From contig JANNVX010000098.1 in the NCBI GenBank assembly GCA_031414595.1, positions 96,001-160,000 on the forward strand: DNA of 64,000 nt, in the 5' to 3' direction. This document shows positions 19,543 to 28,619 of this stretch, one piece after another; the stretch's first letter is position 1, and every line of letters begins with the position of its first letter. The notes beneath the pieces were generated by a model that saw only the letters and a program-made list of their open reading frames with translations, ran no database searches and had not been told where the DNA came from. The stretch is from Deinococcales bacterium. GTDB taxonomy: Bacteria > Deinococcota > Deinococci > Deinococcales > JAAFIG01. A program made the translations under genes and the position numbers.

Positions 19543-20361
19543 TTATGGTGCAATAGCAATTCCTGTAATCATTAAGCCGCCCACCAAGCGAATTAGTTTG
19601 GCTTTGCCTGTTTTTAAGTCAATCGTGTATAACTTTGAGCTTCCATTAACCGTTAAGGTCGCATACGCTGTGCCATCACTTGCACCGCTAATGTCAAATC
19701 CAACCGCTTGGCTGGTATCCACACCAAGTTTTCCCACCACGGTCAGTTTGCCTTCGTTGGGTGGCGCTACCGTCACAAGCACATCACGACTCGAGTCTAT
19801 GGCGTACAGCACGGTACTGGTGGCGGTGGCGGTGCTGTTGGTGTAGGCAGTGCCGGCAATCATTGGGGCTGTTCCGCCATCGGTGTAGTTCAGGTTTAAG
19901 TCTGGTTGAGTCCCTGCGGTGTTGGGGTCAAAATCCACCATTGCGCCTGTTTCTTGGTTGAATCTGGCATTAAAGCCAGTATTGCCATGAATCCGAATAC
20001 GGTTGACCGTCGGGTTAAAATCCATGCCAAAAGCTGCTCCGACCAGACTTGGGCTAAAGGCATTCGCGCCAATCGCACTGGCTTTGGCGGTGCTAGGGTC
20101 TATGGTGTAAATGCGGTTTTGGCTGCTGATGCCGTAGAGCTTCCCGTCCCTTGGTCCAAAGTCAATGCCAATCATTGTTTCGCCGATGTTTAAGCCACCA
20201 AAGGCTTTGGTGCGGCTGCTCGAGGTGGCAATGTCTATGGTGGCAAGACGATTATCTTGGGTTGTGGCGTACAAGGTGCGTTTGGTTTGTCCTGATGCAC
20301 TACCAGCAATCAGTGCGACAAAAACAGCGATTCCTAAGCCAATTTTAAGTTGTGTTTTCAT
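19543..20361 (-). CDS. Secreted DUF4394 domain protein
   Basis: Signal peptide; GIDF.P.DG.LYG, DFNPTVNRIR, AYTNS...TVLYAIDS, PPNEG.L..VG.LG and GFDI. Confidence 0.8.
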   Translation of the reverse strand: MKTQLKIGLGIAVFVALIAGSASGQTKRTLYATTQDNRLATIDIATSSSRTKAFGGLNIGETMIGIDFGPRDGKLYGISSQNRIYTIDPSTAKASAIGANAFSPSLVGAAFGMDFNPTVNRIRIHGNTGFNARFNQETGAMVDFDPNTAGTQPDLNLNYTDGGTAPMIAGTAYTNSTATATSTVLYAIDSSRDVLVTVAPPNEGKLTVVGKLGVDTSQAVGFDISGASDGTAYATLTVNGSSKLYTIDLKTGKAKLIRLVGGLMITGIAIAP

Positions 20362-20461
20362 GATTCTCCTTGTGGGGTTTGAAGAACTTACCCTTATTTA
20401 GATTTACGAAGCGAACAGCCCTTTTGGATGTCAGACCTAAACCTTGGGTTAGAATGGAGAC

Positions 20462-21076
20462 ATGAAAGACACGCCTTGGTGGATGTACGTTTTAGTAATT
20501 GCAATTGGTGTCGGTGCTGGACTGCTTTTACGCCCTTTGATTCAAAATAGTAATTTGCTTGGTCCCAGTACCCCCAAAGCCGATGTGCGTTGTGCAGGTC
20601 CTGAGGGTAGCGAACTGGCTTTGTCCGAAACACTGTCCTCGAGTTTTGCTGGGCAAACCCAAACTGTGAGCCGTTCGTACTTACTCGAGCGTCCCGGGCA
20701 AGTGCCTTTGGCTTTTGATGGCGGTTCAGATTCGGAAGCTGCACCAATTTCGTGCAGTGCTGTGGCGTTTGGTCCTGGCGCAAGAATTTCTTTTGCCAGA
20801 GCTTTAGAAGTTCAGATCGTAGAATTCCTTGGTCCGAGTGTCAAACGCTACGCTCTGTCCAACGACAAGGTATTCTCGAGTTTTGCGTTAGAACCAAAAT
20901 TTAAGTTAGGGCTAAAACTGATTGATTACACGCCGCGAGGTGTGCCGAACATCGAAGAAGCTGGCAAACGCGGACGGCTCGAGTTACGGCGCGTTAAATC
21001 AGACCCGAATTTCCCCACCTCTTTGGTCTTTACGACACAAAATGGTGGCTCGAGTTGGGTTTTTCAAAAGCAGTAA
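20462..21076 (+). CDS. Hypothetical membrane-anchored protein
   Basis: GGAG RBS; N-terminal TM helix; no recognised domain. Confidence 0.6.
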   Translation: MKDTPWWMYVLVIAIGVGAGLLLRPLIQNSNLLGPSTPKADVRCAGPEGSELALSETLSSSFAGQTQTVSRSYLLERPGQVPLAFDGGSDSEAAPISCSAVAFGPGARISFARALEVQIVEFLGPSVKRYALSNDKVFSSFALEPKFKLGLKLIDYTPRGVPNIEEAGKRGRLELRRVKSDPNFPTSLVFTTQNGGSSWVFQKQ

Positions 21077-21158
21077 TTGTATTGTCTAGGATGAATAGAA
21101 TGACCTTGTTGCGGTGCTGTCACGGTTTTCTTGTACACTGGCTTTGTAAAGGAGCAAC

Positions 21159-22928
21159 ATGAAACAATTTTGGGGAGCTTTATTGTTGGCTGGGTCGGTT
21201 CTGGGTGGGTTTGAAGCCAAAGCCCAAAATCCGTACCCACCGTCTGGGTTTATACGGATCGGTTCTCAAGTCAGTCTCGAGTTACGGCAAAGTTGGACAA
21301 GTACCGTTTCAGGTAAAGATGTAGATGGTGATTGGACAGGCGATGTTCGAGGGGCGAACGGCACTGTTGGTAAGTTTTTTGCCTTGGCATTGAATGGCGG
21401 TGCGTTTCGTTTTCAAGTGGCTTATTCGGGTGCAAGTGAATTCTGTGATTTAACTGGCACAAACAGTGTTATTAACTCGAGTGCTAACAGTGTTACTTAT
21501 TCAGGTAATCGAGCTTTCAAACAAGGCGCTGGTGTAATTACTTCGGATAATACGACGTGCCGAGTGGTTGTTAGTAATGCCGCAAGCCCAGTTATTCAAC
21601 AACCTGTGCAGCCAGTACAACCGATTCAACCACCTACACTACCCAGCACCCAAGCTCAGCTTCCAGCCCTGACTTTCCCGCCACGTCTCGAGGTTGGGCA
21701 GCGCTGGGAAATTAGACTTGGAAACCGTGCCATTGTCTACCGTGGGGTCTTAAATAGCCTAGATTCGGCTCGCAATGTGTACATCGGCACACTGACCACG
21801 GATGGCATTGGCGACCCTATAGCACAACGTAAATTCGAGGTTTTCTTTGCCCAGAATACTTTAGCGATGTATGCCACCGACCCGCAAGGTGGGACGACGG
21901 TGTGCAGTTTTGCTGGGGCTGGAACGCTACAAAATAATGTTTTAACTGGAACAGTTTTTTTTAAGACCGCAACCGAGACGCAATTTCGCTCCCTGACGGC
22001 TGTTCAGGACGCGCCTTGTAAAGCCAATCTCGAGCCAGTCCAACAAGCGGTTCAACCTGTTTCGCCCATACAACCTGTACAGCCTGTACAGCCCGTCCAG
22101 CCACCTGCACAGAACCTCACGCCCTCATTGCCTGCTCGAGTTGGCGATACTTGGCGCATTGTCGCCAATGGCAACCTTGGGCTTGACCCTTGGGTGCTTA
22201 CATTTAGCCGTACAGATACCGACGGTACTTTGGTTGGTACTGCCAGCCAAGGCAATGGGCGAGGTGAAGCCAATGGTCTGAAAACCACAGATGGTGGTTA
22301 CGCTTTTGTGATGGAAGTCAATAACCGCGTGATTGCCTGTTTGACTGTTGCTAATACACCCGTGGTGAATGGTGGATTTTTGGGTCAACTGGTTGAAATC
22401 GCACAAAATCAAGCCAAGAGCCTGAATACTTCTTGTACCCTGACCCTGACATCTCGAGGCGGAACAACTTCCACCGTTGTCACCCCACCTGTACAGAGTC
22501 TAGCTGCCGCTTTTCCGCCCAAAGTTGGGCAAACTTGGACAATCACCATCGAAGGGCTGTCCCCGTGGGTTGTTCTTTTTCAAGACCTGAATAAGGACAA
22601 CGAACTGAGTGGTACAGGGCTGCAAAATGGTCTGGCACGACGGGTTCTGGCTTATCTCAATAATGGCTTGAAAATCTTTGCGATGGCTGGCGAAAACGAT
22701 GTGATTTATTACTGTGCTTTTGCCGCCAATATCCAAGCTGTCGGAGCAACCTTAAGCGGTGGAGTGGCGTACCAAGAACCAAAAGGCGCTCAGCAACCAA
22801 CGGCGATGAACCGCTCTTGCAGCGCAACCTTAACGGCTCAGCAATTGCTTTTAGGTGCTGGGCAACAGCTTGAAACTCGAGGTGCTAGTTGGCTGCCAAG
22901 TTTCTTAAAATTATCGCCTCTTTTCTAA
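21159..22928 (+). CDS. Secreted hypothetical protein with four internal repeats and PVQ linkers
   Basis: AGGAG RBS and signal peptide; four ~110-120 aa segments, each with two Cys. Confidence 0.75.
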   Translation: MKQFWGALLLAGSVLGGFEAKAQNPYPPSGFIRIGSQVSLELRQSWTSTVSGKDVDGDWTGDVRGANGTVGKFFALALNGGAFRFQVAYSGASEFCDLTGTNSVINSSANSVTYSGNRAFKQGAGVITSDNTTCRVVVSNAASPVIQQPVQPVQPIQPPTLPSTQAQLPALTFPPRLEVGQRWEIRLGNRAIVYRGVLNSLDSARNVYIGTLTTDGIGDPIAQRKFEVFFAQNTLAMYATDPQGGTTVCSFAGAGTLQNNVLTGTVFFKTATETQFRSLTAVQDAPCKANLEPVQQAVQPVSPIQPVQPVQPVQPPAQNLTPSLPARVGDTWRIVANGNLGLDPWVLTFSRTDTDGTLVGTASQGNGRGEANGLKTTDGGYAFVMEVNNRVIACLTVANTPVVNGGFLGQLVEIAQNQAKSLNTSCTLTLTSRGGTTSTVVTPPVQSLAAAFPPKVGQTWTITIEGLSPWVVLFQDLNKDNELSGTGLQNGLARRVLAYLNNGLKIFAMAGENDVIYYCAFAANIQAVGATLSGGVAYQEPKGAQQPTAMNRSCSATLTAQQLLLGAGQQLETRGASWLPSFLKLSPLF

Positions 22929-23035
22929 ATTAGCGCTTTAAGTTACAATACGCCGTTTTGCAAGTCTCGAGCGCCCAAACACTGGGCGCTCATTTGCGAC
23001 CCAATGCTCGGGCGCTTATTGCAACAAGGAGAACT

Positions 23036-23599
23036 ATGATTAGTGTCACAGATTTAAGAAGCAACACCAAAGTTGAAATGGAAAATGGCTTATGGGAAAC
23101 CATTGATTATATGCACCAAAAAATTGGTCGCGGCGGCGCAAAAGTCGTGGCAAAATTTCGCAATCTCGAGACCGGCAGTATTGTAGACCGCACCTTTAGT
23201 GCCACCGAAAAACTCCAAGATATTTTTATTGAAGGTCGCACCATGCAGTTTTTATACAAAGACGGCGAAGATTTTGTGTTTATGGACATGGAAACATTTG
23301 ACCAACAAACCCTGCCAATGATTCTGGCAGGTGATTCGGCACGTTTCTTAAAGGAAAACACCGAAGTCGAAGTTCAGTTCTACAAAGAAAAACCCCTTAA
23401 AATTAGCTTGCCAAACATGATTGTGCTAAAAATCATTGAAGCCACGCCGGGCTTAAAAGGCGACACTGCCAGTGGTGGTGGCACAAAAGCCGCCAAGCTC
23501 GAGACGGGAACGACCATTCAAGTACCACTCTTTATTGAACAAGATGAATCGGTGCGCGTAGACACCCGCACTGGTGAATACCTTGGGCGCTCGAATTAA
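23036..23599 (+). CDS. efp: Translation elongation factor P
   Basis: AGGAGA RBS, MISVTDLR, HQKIGRGGA and PGLKGDTA..VPLF..VDTRTGEY. Confidence 0.97.
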   Translation: MISVTDLRSNTKVEMENGLWETIDYMHQKIGRGGAKVVAKFRNLETGSIVDRTFSATEKLQDIFIEGRTMQFLYKDGEDFVFMDMETFDQQTLPMILAGDSARFLKENTEVEVQFYKEKPLKISLPNMIVLKIIEATPGLKGDTASGGGTKAAKLETGTTIQVPLFIEQDESVRVDTRTGEYLGRSN

Positions 23600-23671
23600 A
23601 GTTAAAAGCCGAAAGGTAGGCATCAAGCCAAAAGAAAAAGCCTCCCAGTACGCATAAAATTACAATTAGTC

Positions 23672-23962
23672 AGCCCCTCTCCCGACTCGCTTAGGCTCGC
23701 CACCTGTTGGAATGCCTGTAATTCTCTTCCTGCATTTCCACGAGCTTCGCTCGAACTGTTGTAGTCCCAAATCGCTTCGCTGGGGGAGGGTCTAGGGTAT
23801 AGGTTTTGACTTTATTTGTCCTTAAAAAATTTCTCTGGAACAATGTTTTTTGGTTTTCTAGGATAAAAAACCAAAGCAAAAAGCACCCTGAACAACCCTC
23901 TCCCGCGCTTTTTGGCGGGACGAGGGTAACGAGCCTAAGCGAGTTGGGTGAGGGTTGGGGCG
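23672..23962. repeat. Two degenerate, oppositely oriented CCCTCTCCC...GGGAGGG-type palindromic repeats
   Basis: CCCCTCTCCCGACTCGCTTAGGCTCG (~23674-23699) is near-complementary to CGAGCCTAAGCGAGTTGGGTGAGGG (~23929-23954); internal CCCTCTCCCGC..GCGGGACGAGGG hairpin. Confidence 0.6.
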
Positions 23963-24072
23963 CGGTATGGGCTACTCCATTTTGAGCAATGGGTTTTTGT
24001 TGTTCTGAACTATAAACTTCCTTGAATTGATGCCTATGGGACATCCTTTTAACCTTTTTCCCCTTTGACCTT

Positions 24073-26661
24073 TTAACCTGTATTCCTTAGTCCTGCGGCA
24101 ATACCTTGGATACTCAGCAACAAAGCTCGCTCGAGTGTGGCGCGTTCGGCATTTTCGGGCGGCATCGAACGGTAACGCGCTAATAGTTCGACTTGTACCA
24201 TATGAATTGGGTCTACATAGGGATTGCGGACTTCGATACTGCGTTTTAAGCGTGGTTCGGACTCGAGAAGTTCTGTACCAATTGCATTTTTAACGTGCTG
24301 AACAGCTTTGGCGTATTCCTCGAGAATAGCATCTTTAAGGTTTGTGTGTTCAGAAAGCGCCGCGTATTGCTTAAAGATACCCATGTCGGACTTGGCAAGG
24401 CTCATTTGGGCATTGTCCAGTAAACTGCGAAAAAATGCCCATTCTCGGTAAAGTTTGGCACTCAGTCCAGATTGCTGTTGCTCGAGGGCTGCCAGACCCG
24501 TCCCTAAGCCGTACCATCCAGGGACAGTGGCTCGGTTTTGCGTCCAACTCATCACCCACGGGATAGCCCGCAGGTTATCAAGCGTTGGTTTACCGGGGCG
24601 GCGTACTGGACGGCTGGCAATTCGCAGACTGGCGATTTCGTTAATCGGTGTGGCAGCCTCAAAGAACTCGAGAAAATCTGGGTCAAAAACCAAGGCTTGG
24701 TAGGCTTGGCTCGAGGCTGTAGCGGCAGTATTGAGGGCTTCACGCCACTCGAGCGGTACAGCTTGGGGTGATTGGGCAGCCGCCACGATAATGGCATAGA
24801 GCAACTGCTCGAGGTTGCGTTTTGCCAGTTCTGGGCTGGCGTAACGGTCGGCAAGGGCTTCGCCTTGTTCGGTCAGGCGCAGTCCCGCCCCGATTGTGCC
24901 GGGCGGTTGTGCCATGATACCGCGTGCCGCAGGTCCGCCGCCGCGTCCGATGCTTGTGCCGCGACCATGAAAAAAACGGTAGGGTACACCCGCTTTGGCT
25001 AGAATTTCGGACAAGCGTTCTTGGGCTTGGTACAACGCCCAGTTCGCAGCTAAGAAACCAGCTTCTTTGTTGCTATCCGAGTAACCAAGCATCACTTCTT
25101 GCACCCTTGAGCCGAGATGAGTGCGGTACACTGGGCTGTCCAATAAGGCTTGCATCACACTTGGACAATTTTCTAAGTCATGCGGCGTTTCAAAAAGCGG
25201 CGAAACATCAAGGGCGCTAAAACCAGCTTCACGCCCAAGAATCAGCGCCTCGAGAACATCCGAAGCCGTTTCGCCGTGCGAAATCACATAGCGTCCAAAG
25301 GCTTGCGGGTTGGTTTGCAAGTGCTTGAACATCACTTGTAATGGCTCGAGAACGGCACGTAATTCTTCGGTGATGTTTGCACCAATAGGCAAGAGTGGGC
25401 GGCGTGTCTCGAGTTCGTGTTCGAGCAGCGCCATACGTTCTGGTTCGCTTAAGTTGGCGTAATTCGAGCTAACCCCACCAAGGGTTAGGAGTTCTGCCAC
25501 CGCCATCTCGAGTTTGCCAGAAAATTCCCTTATATCCAAAGCCACCAAATGTGTACCGAACATCCTAGCGCGTACAAGCACAGGTTCAACAAAAACCCGT
25601 GCCGCCCGTTCTTGCCCTGCGGCAACCAAGGAATCCCTGACCCGCTCCAATATCGGCACAGCATCCACCGATTCAGTTTTTAAGCGTAAATGCAGCGCCT
25701 CGAGTTCTGCCCGCCACGGTTCTGGGGCAGTTGAATCCAAATGGACATGAACACGTTCACGGTGCTGCGAAAGCACTGCAAAAAGCTGTTTAACATCTTC
25801 ACGCAGACGCTCACGGGCTTGGGTCTGATGATAACTCAGGGTTTCGGCAGTCACTTCGGGGGTCACAAACGGATTGCCGTCGCGGTCTCCACCAATCCAC
25901 GAATAGAACTTAAGCGGTAAATTTACTTCTGGTGTACCATCGCCAAATTCAAGGCGCATTGCCTCGAGTAAATCGGCTTGCAAGGCTGGCAGCGACTGGG
26001 CAATAAAGTTGAGGTAATGCAAACCATTAACCACTTCGTCGTGAACAGTTGGATTACGTGCCTGAAGTTCTAAAGTCCCCCACAAGACTTCAACTCGAGC
26101 CGTGATTTGCTCCAAGGCGGTCTGGCGTTCGGAATCGGACTCGAGAAAGGTCATTTCGTGCGAAATATGTTCTAAGTGCGCCCGAACAGTGCGCCGCCGC
26201 AACTCGGTTGGATGCGCCGTAAAAGTGCTGCCCAACTCGACTCGAGCCAGTAAATCGGCGACCGTTTGGGCTGTAAAACCCAATTGTTTGAGTTGCCGAA
26301 TGGCATCGTGCAAGCTCTGTTTACGCGGTTCTAAATTGGAAGCTCGGGTATCACGCCAACGCACCCGGTGACGTTCTTCTGCCAAATTAGTCAAATGAAA
26401 ATACTGAGTAAAAGCCCGAATCAGGGCTTCGGCATTCTGTACCCCAAGTTTTTTAGCAATCGCTTCGAGTTCGCTTGGGGCGCTGGTGTCGCCGCTTCTG
26501 GCTCGTTTGGTCAGTTCCCGCACCTCTTCTTCGAGGTCAAAAAATTCTTGTCCTTCTTGTTCGATTAAAACAGCACCTAAGCAGCGCCCAAGTAAATCCA
26601 CATCCCTTGAGAGTGAATCGCGTGGAGCGCCGATTGACGCAAATAATTCGGCTGATGTCAT
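24073..26661 (-). CDS. ppc: Phosphoenolpyruvate carboxylase
   Basis: FTAHPTE, SWIGGDRDGNP, QEVMLGYSDSNK, FHGRGTSIGRGG, LRAIPWV and GLRNTG. Confidence 0.97.
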   Translation of the reverse strand: MTSAELFASIGAPRDSLSRDVDLLGRCLGAVLIEQEGQEFFDLEEEVRELTKRARSGDTSAPSELEAIAKKLGVQNAEALIRAFTQYFHLTNLAEERHRVRWRDTRASNLEPRKQSLHDAIRQLKQLGFTAQTVADLLARVELGSTFTAHPTELRRRTVRAHLEHISHEMTFLESDSERQTALEQITARVEVLWGTLELQARNPTVHDEVVNGLHYLNFIAQSLPALQADLLEAMRLEFGDGTPEVNLPLKFYSWIGGDRDGNPFVTPEVTAETLSYHQTQARERLREDVKQLFAVLSQHRERVHVHLDSTAPEPWRAELEALHLRLKTESVDAVPILERVRDSLVAAGQERAARVFVEPVLVRARMFGTHLVALDIREFSGKLEMAVAELLTLGGVSSNYANLSEPERMALLEHELETRRPLLPIGANITEELRAVLEPLQVMFKHLQTNPQAFGRYVISHGETASDVLEALILGREAGFSALDVSPLFETPHDLENCPSVMQALLDSPVYRTHLGSRVQEVMLGYSDSNKEAGFLAANWALYQAQERLSEILAKAGVPYRFFHGRGTSIGRGGGPAARGIMAQPPGTIGAGLRLTEQGEALADRYASPELAKRNLEQLLYAIIVAAAQSPQAVPLEWREALNTAATASSQAYQALVFDPDFLEFFEAATPINEIASLRIASRPVRRPGKPTLDNLRAIPWVMSWTQNRATVPGWYGLGTGLAALEQQQSGLSAKLYREWAFFRSLLDNAQMSLAKSDMGIFKQYAALSEHTNLKDAILEEYAKAVQHVKNAIGTELLESEPRLKRSIEVRNPYVDPIHMVQVELLARYRSMPPENAERATLERALLLSIQGIAAGLRNTG

Positions 26662-27449
26662 GCTAAAACCTCTCCTTCATATATACCAATTTCGTCGGTC
26701 TCGAGAAATTTATAACGCACAGCTTTGGTTACTTTTCCATGCTCTAAGGTAAACGCCACGGCACTAAGTTGCACCGCGCCTAGAGCAACTTCGACTTTCA
26801 TCGGTAAACCCGTGCGGAGTTTATAGGTACTGGCTTCTAAACCCATGCCAATACTCGAGTCAAGCACACCAGTCATGCCAACATCACACTGAAACAACGT
26901 ACCATTGGGTAAAATTCGGGTGTCCGCTGTTGCCACATGGGTATGCGTGCCAATACAGGCGGCGATACGACCATCAAAATGATAAGCAAAACAGGTTTTT
27001 TCCGAAGTTGCCTCGGCATGAAAATCCACAAAGACCGGCGAATCGGCAGTCTCTAGGACAGTCTCGAGCGCATCATAAGGGTTATCGGTTGGCTGCATAA
27101 AAACCCGTCCGAGTAAATTCACCACCGTGATTTTTTCTGTCCCGACCGTAAATGTGCCGTAGCCACGCCCGGGTGCTTCCTTGTGGGCATTCAGAGGACG
27201 GATTAAACGGGGGTCGTCTATCAGTTGCAGGACTTCACGGTTATCCCAGGCATGATTGCCCAAGGTCACACAATGCGCCCCAGCTTTTAAGAGTGCCTCA
27301 AATGAATCCTTGTTGATGCCATGACCACCCGCCGCATTCTCGCCGTTGGCAATAATAAAATCAAAATTAGATTTGATACGCGGTAAATGGCTCGAGACCA
27401 AGTTTCGCCCAGGTTTACCAAAAACATCACCAATGAAAAGAACACGCAC
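26658..27449 (-). CDS. YmdB/TIGR00282 metallophosphoesterase
   Basis: GDVFGKPG, NGENAAGG, TLGNH, DFHAEATSEK, GTHTHV and DVGMTG. Confidence 0.92.
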   Translation of the reverse strand: MRVLFIGDVFGKPGRNLVSSHLPRIKSNFDFIIANGENAAGGHGINKDSFEALLKAGAHCVTLGNHAWDNREVLQLIDDPRLIRPLNAHKEAPGRGYGTFTVGTEKITVVNLLGRVFMQPTDNPYDALETVLETADSPVFVDFHAEATSEKTCFAYHFDGRIAACIGTHTHVATADTRILPNGTLFQCDVGMTGVLDSSIGMGLEASTYKLRTGLPMKVEVALGAVQLSAVAFTLEHGKVTKAVRYKFLETDEIGIYEGEVLA

Positions 27450-27536
27450 GGGCTAGGCTAACAAGAATTGGTACAAAGTGTGCGAACAACCGTTCAGTTG
27501 TATAGTTTACATAAATAATCAAGTATAGTCTGGGCT

Positions 27537-28430
27537 GTGAAACGAATTGCCCTGCTGATAAGCCTAATCACCTCGAGCCTCTTAATTGCCCAAGCTGCTA
27601 ACCCGATTGTCACCATCACTGACATGACCGGCGCACGCATCGAAATCAGCGATACCGCCCGAGTGGTGACATTAGGCAGCAGCTTAACCGAAATTGTCTA
27701 TGCTCTCAAAGCCGAAACCCGTTTAATTGCCGTGGATGCCACCAGCAATTACCCAAGTGTGGCAAAAAACCTAATCCAATTGCCTTCTACCCGCAGTGTT
27801 GGCATCGAAGGAATTTTAAGCACCAAACCCAGTCTAGTCCTGACCCTCGACACTGCCTTGCCAGAAACGATTGCTGCCTTGCGAAAATTTAATATCCCCA
27901 CCGTGGTCATCAGTGCCAAAGAAAACTTGGAAAATGCCGAAAATAAAATTAGGTTTGTCGCCCAAGCCTTATCGCTCGAAAGCCAAGGACAAGACCTGAT
28001 TCGCAGCTACAAAAAAGATTTAGCCCTTGCCAAAGCCAAATACTCGAGCATCCGCACCCGCCCAAAAGTGATGTTTTTGTACAGTGGCTCAAACGGCAGA
28101 ATTACGGTATCGGGACGTGACACCGCCGCCGCCGCGATTATCAAGTTGGCTGGCGGAATCAACCCATTCCAGAGTTATACCGGGTACGCCCCACTCTCCC
28201 AAGAAGCCACTTTACTGGCTAATCCAGATGCAATTTTAATGACCAACCTCGGATTCTCGAGTGTTGGCGCAGAAGGAATTCTTAAACTGCCCGGGCTTGC
28301 CAATACCACGGCGGGGCGCAACCAACGCTTTTTGGGGTTTGAAGGCAATTATTTACTTGGTTTTGGACCTAGAGTCGGAAAAGCGGTGCTGGAACTGATG
28401 TACACGCTGCACCCAGAGTTAAAAAGGTGA
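27537..28430 (+). CDS. Heme/hemin ABC transporter substrate-binding protein (HmuT-like); no permease adjacent
   Basis: RVVTLGSSLTEIVYAL, VDATS.YP, EGILS.KP and LLGFGPR. Confidence 0.8.
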   Translation: MKRIALLISLITSSLLIAQAANPIVTITDMTGARIEISDTARVVTLGSSLTEIVYALKAETRLIAVDATSNYPSVAKNLIQLPSTRSVGIEGILSTKPSLVLTLDTALPETIAALRKFNIPTVVISAKENLENAENKIRFVAQALSLESQGQDLIRSYKKDLALAKAKYSSIRTRPKVMFLYSGSNGRITVSGRDTAAAAIIKLAGGINPFQSYTGYAPLSQEATLLANPDAILMTNLGFSSVGAEGILKLPGLANTTAGRNQRFLGFEGNYLLGFGPRVGKAVLELMYTLHPELKR

Positions 28431-28619
28431 ATTCAAAAGTTTGAGATCCACTTTCTAGATGGTACTCAATAAAGGCTCGTATGGCTTTAGGGGCAATCAC
28501 ATTCAAGAATTTCACCAAACCTAATTGTTCTGACGCAAGCACAACCAAAAGTTTATCGAGGTTGAGGCTTTGAGTCTTGAGAACCCGCAACACAGGTTGC
28601 TGCAAACCCACCGAGCTAC

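Noticed and set aside
23036-23599. EF-P with Arg instead of Lys in the loop (IGRGGA)
   Set aside because: Normal for Thermus/Deinococcus EF-P; useful for taxonomy but not novel.
23691-24044. 117-aa ORF between efp and ppc
   Set aside because: Runs through the palindromic repeats (PSPNSLRL is repeat-derived); probably spurious.
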